From NCBI GenBank assembly GCA_049682815.1, contig JBAUII010000079.1:29864-93863 (forward strand): a stretch of DNA of 64,000 nucleotides. Reading direction: 5' to 3'. Source of the stretch: Thermodesulfobacteriota bacterium (lineage in GTDB: Bacteria; Desulfobacterota_D; UBA1144; Nemesobacterales; CSP1-2). Under the pieces are notes generated by a model. It had not been told where the DNA came from. It saw nothing but the letters and a program-made list of their open reading frames with translations, and made no database searches. Each line of letters begins with the position of its first letter. Position 1 is the first letter of the stretch. A program made the translations under genes and the position numbers. Below, piece by piece: positions 29,122 to 36,783 of the stretch.

Positions 29122-29757
29122 ATGCCGATAAGAACATTTGATTATCGTACAGATGAAGAAAGAACGGAGCGAAATAAGATGACTTTGGAAGAGCTAGTCA
29201 GGGCAAGCACAGGCGGTCTAGGTCTAGATTCGCTCGAGGATTTTAAAAAAGCTATTGCAAGAACAGGTAAAGTTCCCATCGGTGTTTTTAATCCTGAGCT
29301 TAGACGAATAGGCATGGAGCATCTGAGCCAATATAGGGGTGGTACACCTACAAGAGCGGAATTTCCTGTTTCCAAGATAGCACAAGGTGGAGGCGAAGGA
29401 CTTAAGACATTATTGGAAGCTGCTGCTATAGGTTCAGGCAACTTAGAGAACATATCAGCTATGTTAATACCCAAATTGGGTATAGGATCTATTAATGCCT
29501 TGCGTTCCACTACGGGGTTTCTACCCATTGAACTTAGCCCTAATAGATTCACGCCAGGCGGTTTCACACAAAAGATAGATTTGGGTGCAGGCCAGAGCGG
29601 GTTCGTATTTGGACGGCAGGCAGATTTGGACTTGGCTAGAAACATGTTACAACGAAAGCAGGCACAGTTGGAATTACAGACAGGGCAGAGGAAGAGGCGA
29701 TTTGGCAAACCTCAAAAAACTTCATTAATAGCACAGTATTTAGCACAGCAGGGATAG
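29122..29757 (+). CDS. Hypothetical Gly-rich protein (island cassette gene 2)
   Basis: 211-aa ORF with RBS AAGGAG at 29111. No motif recognised. The antisense ORF 29142..29708 is judged spurious. Confidence 0.45.
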   Translation: MPIRTFDYRTDEERTERNKMTLEELVRASTGGLGLDSLEDFKKAIARTGKVPIGVFNPELRRIGMEHLSQYRGGTPTRAEFPVSKIAQGGGEGLKTLLEAAAIGSGNLENISAMLIPKLGIGSINALRSTTGFLPIELSPNRFTPGGFTQKIDLGAGQSGFVFGRQADLDLARNMLQRKQAQLELQTGQRKRRFGKPQKTSLIAQYLAQQG

Positions 29758-29758
29758 T

Positions 29759-30136
29759 ATGGCCGATAATTTGACTGATTATACAACTGAAGAGAAAATA
29801 GATGTTATAGCTGATTTTGCCAATATTGACTCTGAAAGGATTAATGACATGATTCTAAATTATGCCTCTATGTGCGTCAATGAAATAATGCCTCAAGATT
29901 GTACTGTCCGCTTCGACAAAGACTTTGTTAAACTCACTATACTTGCTTATGAGACTGCACTCGATTGTTGGTTTAAGCTGTTAGACGACTACGATGGAGA
30001 TAAAGAGAGTGGAGAAGGCTTAGAACCGCATTCAATAAATGATCAACTTTACAGCTTTAATCAACAGATTCTCCAAGCGTTTTTTGAAAGGGTAAAAGAG
30101 GAAATGAGTGAAAGCACCCTTGAGAAGCTAAACTAA
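29759..30136 (+). CDS. Hypothetical acidic protein (island cassette gene 3)
   Basis: 125-aa ORF. Its ATG lies 1 nt after the previous stop, suggesting translational coupling. Confidence 0.45.
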   Translation: MADNLTDYTTEEKIDVIADFANIDSERINDMILNYASMCVNEIMPQDCTVRFDKDFVKLTILAYETALDCWFKLLDDYDGDKESGEGLEPHSINDQLYSFNQQILQAFFERVKEEMSESTLEKLN

Positions 30137-30179
30137 TTAAGATTTATCTACGGTGTAAAAGATTGCTTTACATTGATAA

Positions 30180-30281
30180 TTATTCTCTCCAATCCCGCCC
30201 TGTAAGATGTCTCCTTATATCATAGACACAGAGAGTAATCACAATTAGACATACTGTTTGAACAAGTAGAATTTTCTCCAT
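30180..30281 (-). CDS. Candidate 33-aa hydrophobic peptide (type I toxin-like / small membrane protein)
   Basis: My own translation is MEKILLVQTVCLIVITLCVYDIRRHLTGRDWRE. It is preceded by AGGAGGAT with a 5-nt spacer and by a TATAAT about 25 nt upstream on the minus strand. It lies antisense between two + strand genes. Confidence 0.35.
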   Translation of the reverse strand: MEKILLVQTVCLIVITLCVYDIRRHLTGRDWRE

Positions 30282-30414
30282 ACTATATCCTCCTATTTTA
30301 AGCTAATTATAATTCCTTATTTAATTTATTGATATTATTGGGATTTGGATTTAATTATTGAACTGGCATGTCAGAGACAATATAATTAGGGTAACAGCTC
30401 AAGTGGGGGGAAAA

Positions 30415-31272
30415 ATGAGGCTAGGACATATAGTCCCGCTTATCTTAATAATATTTATCCCTATTTCGTTACAAGCAAAGGATGTTTATAAATGCGCTGA
30501 CAAGAACGGCAACTTTTATTACAGCACTACAATCTGCCCAGGTGGGGAGAAAAAATCTAAGCCAAATGTAATTAACACACCGTCCCAGTTAGATCAGGGA
30601 AAAACTGTAAATAAAGAAGGGGGTGATATGCCACGGTCAAAGACTATACTTGAAGATAGCCCAGAACCTTCCGATTCAAAAAATAAAATTGCTAGTGAGA
30701 TTGACGCCATAAATGCAAAAATAAAAGAACGCCAAAAGATGATGAGATTTTACGATACTAAGCAGTGTTACCAGACCTCACCACCTAATAGTGGAAGAGA
30801 AATTATCTGTGATCATACAAACAGCAAGTACCAAGCATATGCTTTGGAAATAGCAGAGTTACTCCGCTATCGTGATCAGCTCTTATTTATTCTTAATTCT
30901 GATCCGCTACAGCTTCAAAATAGAAAATTTCCCTGTCAAGTTACACAAGTTATTGATGGCGATACCTTCGACTGTATTTTACCCAATGGAGTAGAAGACA
31001 GAGTTCGATTAATTGGAGTTGATGCACCGGAATCTGGGACGACTCATGGAGATTTGGCAACCGCATATTTACAATCCTATTTAATCCCGAACACTAGTGT
31101 AACTTTGGAATTGGATGCTGAGCCTAGAGACAAATACGGACGCATACTTGCATATGTTTTTTTGGCTGATGGTACTATGATTAATGCTTTACTAGTTCAA
31201 GAAGGATATGCTACTGTAGACATATACCCGCCGAATGACAAATATGAATCCTATTTAATTAATGCTCAATGA
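30415..31272 (+). CDS. Secreted thermonuclease (SNase/micrococcal nuclease fold) with DUF4124-like N-domain
   Basis: Signal peptide from Met 30415 (MRLGHIVPLILIIFIPISLQA). DVYKCADKNGNFYYS (DUF4124-like). C-terminal VIDGDTFDC...VRLIGVDAPE...GRILAYVFL...NALLVQEGYA. Confidence 0.75.
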   Translation: MRLGHIVPLILIIFIPISLQAKDVYKCADKNGNFYYSTTICPGGEKKSKPNVINTPSQLDQGKTVNKEGGDMPRSKTILEDSPEPSDSKNKIASEIDAINAKIKERQKMMRFYDTKQCYQTSPPNSGREIICDHTNSKYQAYALEIAELLRYRDQLLFILNSDPLQLQNRKFPCQVTQVIDGDTFDCILPNGVEDRVRLIGVDAPESGTTHGDLATAYLQSYLIPNTSVTLELDAEPRDKYGRILAYVFLADGTMINALLVQEGYATVDIYPPNDKYESYLINAQ

Positions 31273-31280
31273 GTAGCCTT

Positions 31281-31514
31281 TCACCTATCAATCCATTCAC
31301 GTAATTCACCGTTTGCTTTCATTCTGATTATGAGTTCTTCCAGTCCCTCTGATATAGAAATATACCCTCCGCAACTCTCAACAATACCTTCCAGGGTGAT
31401 TTTGTACTTATCACAGTTAAGCCGCTCCCTATCCTCAGAGAAGGTTAAGTAAAAGCATTTAATACATAGCCCTTGCAATACAAGCTCTTTAATCTGATCG
31501 CTGTTGTTGTTCAT
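31281..31514 (-). CDS. Hypothetical protein (island)
   Basis: 77-aa ORF downstream of the primase gene on the same strand. Confidence 0.4.
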   Translation of the reverse strand: MNNNSDQIKELVLQGLCIKCFYLTFSEDRERLNCDKYKITLEGIVESCGGYISISEGLEELIIRMKANGELREWIDR

Positions 31515-31709
31515 ATGTCTCTTTTACTCGTTTGAAATTCTCACATTCAGGGGTAATGATATTGATTATGAGTTTTCCATTACTACTCCTTGTTTCGGTC
31601 TTATAGGTATCATCACTTATCTTTTGTATAGGTGTTGTCTTGTCCCCATTCGCCTCAGAAAATATTTTCTTTCCATTTTCGTTGACTAATTGACTAATGG
31701 GGTCACTAT

Positions 31710-34241
31710 CTAATGATTTAGGGGAGTTATATTCAAATAGTGAGTCATGACTAATCTCTGACTTATCTTGACTAATGTTTCGGCCTTAACTTCCTGTAAT
31801 GATGCACTTTTTTTTAGAAAAGTGGTATTAGTCAATGAGTCAGACTTTTCAAGTAATAATTTTTTTAACGCTTCGGGAGTTGGGAGTTTAAGTATCTCTT
31901 GGGGTATAGAAATAAACTTATATTTGCTCTTTATCCCCTTTTCGCCATTATGCTCCAAATACCCTGAATCAGCTAAAGCATAAACCTCGGTTCTAAAGGT
32001 TGTGTTGACTTTGCAATTGCATAGTTTTGCTAATTCGCTCATTGAAATCTCATCCTCTGGATGTTGCTCTTTTATCTTTTGCAGGATTTTTTCTTGTTGG
32101 GGTGTAATCTCTTTTAGGGTCTGAGACAATACCACAGTTGCTAATTCATAAGCGGTCTTATAGTCCTCAATGGTTGCCTCAAGATAGGTTTTGCCATCTA
32201 CCTCTGATTTTTCTCTCTGTTCTTGATGTAAGAGACAATGAGCTTTAATGAGATTCTCAAATCTCGTAAAATCACGTCTGCACCTAACTTTATCTACCGG
32301 AAAAGTATCCGCTAGTATTCCAAGATAGGGTACAAAAACGTCATAGGATCTTAGTAGTAACTGTAGGGCTTGATACGGCCTATTCTCCTTATCAATCATT
32401 TCGTTATTAATGGGTATTGCTTTTGATTGAAGTATTTCTCGACTCTGTTCATTGGATTCATCTATATATAAATCAAATAGCCTAGTTTGATTTTCAGGGT
32501 TTATTTGGGACTTGGTCGTAGTTTCAACATAGGTCAGTCCCCTTGCGGGGATAAATATCTCTTTTGCCTCAAAACTTCCAGTTTTCGGGTTTGGTTCTGT
32601 CACTAATTTGCTAAGTTCACCCTCTGAGATTGATGAACGAATAGGGTAATCAGCTTTCTCAGAACCATGAGATTCATATATCACAAGTATTGTATGGGAT
32701 AGGTCTAATCCTGGAAGCCTATAAAGTGCCTGAGACGATACATCCGTATATGCCCTATACACACTTTTGGGGAATACCTTTAATACGGCTTTTACTAATG
32801 CACTCTTACCGCTAGAGGATTTACCCTTGACTACATTTGAGATTGCTTCATCAAATAATCTTGAGGTAAAAGACAAAACTAGCACTCTTTTGTTTACTTT
32901 TTCGCCTATATAACCATTTCTACCTATTTGCTCTACAATCTTGTTTAATAGGTCAGGGTCTCCTAACAATTCCCTTGCTTTCCCTATTTCATCGTCTGTA
33001 TATTCGCTTAAAGGGTCGTATGGTTTCTGATCTTCTTTTGTTGTTTCAACTTCATTACATATGGCTTTTAAGTCGCTCTGTAATCCCCTCGTGCCTATCT
33101 CATGTTTCTTTGAAAGTTTGTTAATCCAGGTTTCCTTGTGGCTTGCAAGTTCCAGCTTGCTAATCTCTTTTAGTGCCTCTGGTATATCTTCATTCTCTAT
33201 AACTGCATACAGGTAATATGTGGCCTCATTTATACCTTTCTCAATTATTTCTCTAAACTTGTCAATGCCGTATTTAACTAAAAGTTCATCAAAATCCTCT
33301 TTGTAGCCTGTGTTTAGAATATATCCCCTAAATTCTTTTGCTAAGGGATAAGAAGCCTTATTGCCCGCTTCGTCTGAATCAAACGCCACGTACTTTTTAG
33401 CCTTAGATTTTAAAAGTTCATCCCTTGCGTGTTCGCCTAGATTAGTTCCTAATAATGCACAGGTATTAAACCCCGCTTTATCAAGAGCTACAGCGTCAAA
33501 TACCCCCTCCACAATGCAGCAATCATTCTTGTTTAGATTCTCTGATAGATATATTTGTTTCCGTATCAAGTCAGAGTTTCTAAGGTGTAAATACTTAGGG
33601 TTATTCTCTGTTATCGTATTATCAGGGGATGCTCTGCCGGTTAGATAGACAGCCTTTCCATGCTTCAGTATAGGGATAATTATTCTATTTCTGAAATGGT
33701 CGTAATAGCTTCCATTATTGCCTTTATTGATTAGTCCTACATCTTCAGCTATCTCTATGTCGGTTTGATCTTTTAGATTAGTGGCTACAGGGTTATTATC
33801 TCCTACATACCCTATTGAATGACGGTCAATATCGCTTTCATCTAAGCCTTTAGCCCTTAAAAATTCGATTACTTCAGGATGTTTCTTTATCTTCTTATTG
33901 GCATGGGCTGTAAATCTTTCTATTAGCTCATATGCCCGTAACTGTCTATCGAATCTCTCTTTCTCCTTAGGGGAAACTTCAGGCAAAGGTACATAATATT
34001 CCTTTGCTAATGATAGAGCAGCATCTAGGGGTGATAATCCCTTGTGACTGGCTTCCAAATCTATGATATCGGCACGTTTACGACAAACGAAACAATATCC
34101 ATGCGTACCATAGTTATGGAGTGAAGGGTTATGGTCGTCATGGAAAGGGCAGGTATCTTTCTTGCTACCATTAAATATTCCCCTATCGTTGCAATACCTT
34201 TCAAATGGTATAGCTTCTTTGACATTTTCAAATATTGACAT
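31710..34241 (-). CDS. DNA primase (CHC2 zinc finger + Toprim) fused to a P-loop NTPase domain (replication initiator of the element)
   Basis: CPFHDDHNPSLH...GYCFVCRKRADIIDL (CHC2). CCIVEGVFDAVAL...AFDSDEAGNKA (Toprim). Walker A GKSSSGKSALV in the C-terminal half. 843 aa. Confidence 0.8.
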   Translation of the reverse strand: MSIFENVKEAIPFERYCNDRGIFNGSKKDTCPFHDDHNPSLHNYGTHGYCFVCRKRADIIDLEASHKGLSPLDAALSLAKEYYVPLPEVSPKEKERFDRQLRAYELIERFTAHANKKIKKHPEVIEFLRAKGLDESDIDRHSIGYVGDNNPVATNLKDQTDIEIAEDVGLINKGNNGSYYDHFRNRIIIPILKHGKAVYLTGRASPDNTITENNPKYLHLRNSDLIRKQIYLSENLNKNDCCIVEGVFDAVALDKAGFNTCALLGTNLGEHARDELLKSKAKKYVAFDSDEAGNKASYPLAKEFRGYILNTGYKEDFDELLVKYGIDKFREIIEKGINEATYYLYAVIENEDIPEALKEISKLELASHKETWINKLSKKHEIGTRGLQSDLKAICNEVETTKEDQKPYDPLSEYTDDEIGKARELLGDPDLLNKIVEQIGRNGYIGEKVNKRVLVLSFTSRLFDEAISNVVKGKSSSGKSALVKAVLKVFPKSVYRAYTDVSSQALYRLPGLDLSHTILVIYESHGSEKADYPIRSSISEGELSKLVTEPNPKTGSFEAKEIFIPARGLTYVETTTKSQINPENQTRLFDLYIDESNEQSREILQSKAIPINNEMIDKENRPYQALQLLLRSYDVFVPYLGILADTFPVDKVRCRRDFTRFENLIKAHCLLHQEQREKSEVDGKTYLEATIEDYKTAYELATVVLSQTLKEITPQQEKILQKIKEQHPEDEISMSELAKLCNCKVNTTFRTEVYALADSGYLEHNGEKGIKSKYKFISIPQEILKLPTPEALKKLLLEKSDSLTNTTFLKKSASLQEVKAETLVKISQRLVMTHYLNITPLNH

Positions 34242-34243
34242 GT

Positions 34244-34447
34244 TTATTCCTTTGGTTCCCAGTTCCTAAAATCCCAATGTTTATTGTACGCTTCTAGCAT
34301 TATTTGCATTCTAAGGGTTTGAACATCAACGCCCTTTTTAGATGCAATTCTATATAGCAGTCTTGACAGTCTAGGGTTGCACATTGGGCACTCACTCTTA
34401 GATTTATGGTGGAAATTACCCTTAGGGTAAGTTAAAATATTGGTCAT
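34244..34447 (-). CDS. Hypothetical protein (island), stop 2 nt before the primase start
   Basis: 67-aa ORF containing CPMC. Tightly packed with the primase gene. Confidence 0.4.
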   Translation of the reverse strand: MTNILTYPKGNFHHKSKSECPMCNPRLSRLLYRIASKKGVDVQTLRMQIMLEAYNKHWDFRNWEPKE

Positions 34448-34475
34448 CGCAACATCTCCTATTTTTAAAGTTTCG

Positions 34476-34507
34476 CCCTGACTAGACTCACCTAGTCAGG
34501 GTTTTTT
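34476..34507 (+). terminator. Perfect 10-bp stem-loop with T-tract on the + strand
   Basis: CCCTGACTAG-actcac-CTAGTCAGGG-TTTTTTA. It lies between two minus-strand genes, but the U-tract is on the + strand only. Confidence 0.4.
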
Positions 34508-34518
34508 ATTGCCCTTTT

Positions 34519-34713
34519 TCAATACGGATCAATCGTTTTTTCGTCGATCATTTTCATGAGTTTATCGTATGGCACGTACACGTTGTGCCCGATTTTCAAT
34601 CTTGGGAGCTGGCCAAGAAATATTCGTTTTCGGACTGCTCCTTGGGGGATACCAAGCAGACTCGCAACTTCCGGAATCCTTAACAGCTTCGGGATTTTTC
34701 TTGTTTTATACAT
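34519..34713 (-). CDS. Excisionase-family / AlpA-like helix-turn-helix DNA-binding protein
   Basis: LLRIPEVASLLGIPQGAVRKRIFLGQLPRLKIGHNVYV matches the HTH_17-type pattern. 64 aa. Confidence 0.65.
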   Translation of the reverse strand: MYKTRKIPKLLRIPEVASLLGIPQGAVRKRIFLGQLPRLKIGHNVYVPYDKLMKMIDEKTIDPY

Positions 34714-34883
34714 TTTACTACTCCTCGATTCTAATGTGTTCTACTTGCATGTATAACGGGAAGTGCACATGACGAAATAAAAAAGCGGTAAATAAAGACT
34801 GTTAGAGATTTATCTTCTTTTAAGAAATTGGGGATTTGCTAGGGTGGAAATTTTATAGGAAGGGCCGTCAGTGGCTCTTAGTA

Positions 34884-36170
34884 TTAAATAGTTTCGTCAG
34901 TTTCTTCATAGTCTTCTTTATCAACTAATTTAGGAAACTGATTCTTGCTTGAATTTCTAAGTCGGTTAACCAATTCATGACGTGTTGCCATTTTCAGGTA
35001 CTTTTTTAGATTATTTATGCTTTTAATTTTTTCTAAGGGGATAACCGGTATTACGTTTTGGACAAGGTGGATGGTTAACTCGCTTATCCAATCATTTTCC
35101 TCTTGGAAGCTGATCCATCTCTTACCTATCGCCCCTCTTACAACTTGTTGAGCGGTTTTTTCTTTCATTAGCCATTTAAGATTTTCGCTATCACTATCTC
35201 CGATTTCTACTGCAAAGGTCTTATCGATATTTGGGCATCGCTTTTTTACCTCCAGACTCATACCTAAGCCTTTGGGGTATTTTTTCATTAGCTTCCATTT
35301 CTCCCAAATTGGTAATTTTAATATATGGACTTTTTCACTCGGGAGTTTGAGGTTGCTGAAAATTGTATTTTCGTCTATTTCTCCACTTTCGAGGAAGGTA
35401 TATCGAAAAATGAAGTTGCCGGTAAGTTTAGCCAATTTAACTCTTGCATCAGTTAATGATTCCATCATTGAAAATTCAGCAAACGCATTTTTTTCTATAG
35501 CCCACGTTAGCCTATTTTTTAGTTTTAGCTTCACAGCCCGTAGTTTTCCCTGTTTTATCCATTTATAAATTGTTTGACGTCTGTTTGATTTGATTTTTCT
35601 AATAGGTTTTGTATCTGCTAATAGCTTCCAGGGACCTAAGTTGTCGTTTTCTTCAGTTTTAACGAAGTTTAGAAGCCCTAAGACCTGTGGAATTGTCAAC
35701 AACTTCCCTTTACTGAAAAGGGACTCTGCATTTCTTTTTACGTATTCGACTCGGATTTTGTAATAAGTCTTCGGACATAGAGCCTCAATAAGGTCATACT
35801 CAATAAATCGACATTCTGGCAATTTTTTTATCCCACGCTCATATAGATTGAAAGCCGAATTGATTTCCGAATACTTCCTTAGCAATTCATTGCGAATCTT
35901 CCTAACTCTCTTATAATAACTCTTAGGGTTCTTCTCTTCATATTTTTTGCCACCAGCTAATTCAGAAATCTTCTCGGAGTCCCACCCCTTCAATATTTCA
36001 ATTATATTTTTAGCTTCTTGCCTAAAATCGACTTGGACTTTTTTAATAAACGTATCTTCTGGACTCGTTTTAAGATAATGACCAGCAATTATTCTAAACG
36101 GTCGGTAGGCAAATCTTTTAAGAAACTGGATTCGACGTTTAGTAGTCTCTAGTTTACTTTCTTGATCCAA
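34884..36170 (-). CDS. Hypothetical 428-aa protein (island) with an internal HTH-like segment
   Basis: RRQTIYKWIKQGKLRAVKL resembles an excisionase/MerR-type HTH. Nothing else recognised. Confidence 0.4.
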   Translation of the reverse strand: MDQESKLETTKRRIQFLKRFAYRPFRIIAGHYLKTSPEDTFIKKVQVDFRQEAKNIIEILKGWDSEKISELAGGKKYEEKNPKSYYKRVRKIRNELLRKYSEINSAFNLYERGIKKLPECRFIEYDLIEALCPKTYYKIRVEYVKRNAESLFSKGKLLTIPQVLGLLNFVKTEENDNLGPWKLLADTKPIRKIKSNRRQTIYKWIKQGKLRAVKLKLKNRLTWAIEKNAFAEFSMMESLTDARVKLAKLTGNFIFRYTFLESGEIDENTIFSNLKLPSEKVHILKLPIWEKWKLMKKYPKGLGMSLEVKKRCPNIDKTFAVEIGDSDSENLKWLMKEKTAQQVVRGAIGKRWISFQEENDWISELTIHLVQNVIPVIPLEKIKSINNLKKYLKMATRHELVNRLRNSSKNQFPKLVDKEDYEETDETI

Positions 36171-36192
36171 AACGATTAATCCTTACGCTAAT

Positions 36193-36212
36193 TGTGATTA
36201 TAATGTGATTGT
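36193..36212 (+). repeat. TGTGATTATAATGTGATTGT: candidate arm-type recombinase site (right)
   Basis: 18/20 identical to 25524-25543 in the same orientation. It lies about 125 bp inside the tRNA-proximal att repeat. Confidence 0.35.
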
Positions 36213-36338
36213 AAAACAGAAATTTACTGAATACAAACGCACGGAGCTGAACAGTTCCCGAACAAGAAGGCCTTATTGATAATTGGTACAACTACCTGAA
36301 ATTAAATACAAAATCCTTTAGTGCTTGTGGCTTATAAG

Positions 36339-36415
36339 TGGTGGAGATGAGGGGATTCGAACCCCCGACCTCCGCCTTGCGAAGGCGGCGCTCTCCCAAA
36401 CTGAGCTACATCCCC
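36339..36415 (-). tRNA. tRNA-Ala (anticodon CGC), CCA encoded
   Basis: GGGGATG-TA-GCTC-AGTTTGGGA-GAGC-G-CCGCC-TTCGCAA-GGCGG-AGGTC-GGGGG-TTCGAAT-CCCCT-CATCTCC-A-CCA. The G3:U70 alanine identity pair is present. Confidence 0.9.
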
Positions 36416-36537
36416 ACTTTTTGTGAGACAAACATTCGGTTTCTCTGTACATTAAACATGGCCAACTGGAAATTTTATCTAAAATTACCAAAAAATACTA
36501 ACCAAAACTAAATTAATTAATTAAATTAAAAAACCAC

Positions 36538-36566
36538 TTGACAACTTAAGTAAATTGCTTTATATT
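36538..36566 (+). promoter_or_regulatory. Near-consensus sigma-70 promoter (TTGACA-17 nt-TATATT) with A/T-rich upstream tract
   Basis: TTGACA at 36538-36543, a 17-nt spacer, TATATT at 36561-36566. Upstream sequence is aaattaattaattaaattaaaaaa. Confidence 0.55.
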
Positions 36567-36572
36567 AATAAT

Positions 36573-36670
36573 TGTAGTTAATTTGAAAACTTAAATCATC
36601 CTCCATCCTCCTTTAAGATAGTGGGAATGTTTCTAAGTCCTTTAGATCACTCCCACTTTTCTTTTTTATT
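36573..36670 (+). ncRNA. Candidate small RNA, paralogue B, with tandem CCUCC boxes and an intrinsic terminator
   Basis: AAACTTAA box. CATCCTCCATCCTCCTTTAAG (36597-36617). Hairpin GTGGGAATGTTTCTAAG-TCC-TTTAGATCACTCCCAC (36621-36656) followed by TTTTCTTTTTTATT. Confidence 0.5.
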
Positions 36671-36783
36671 CCACTTATTATCTTGGTAGAGAATTTACGT
36701 CGTAATTATTGACGAGAGTACGTCTGAAATTGATTCATTTCACCATGTTCCGAGTGAATTGATTTAAATGTCGCCTTGAGGGT

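Larger units (their letters stand above)
25416..36388. mobile_element. Integrated ~10.9-kb element (integrase + excisionase-like + primase/P-loop; no structural genes) in tRNA-Ala(CGC)
   Basis: Bounded by a perfect 50-bp direct repeat comprising the tRNA 3' part. A tyrosine recombinase sits at one end. See individual genes. Confidence 0.8.

Noticed and set aside
31515-31709. Minus-strand open frame between the primase and orf77 (…LVNENGKKIFSEANGDKTTPIQKISDDTYKTETRSSNGKLIINIITPECENFKRVKETYEQQQRSD)
   Set aside because: No ATG, GTG or TTG start is available in frame after the primase stop, so I cannot support it as a gene.
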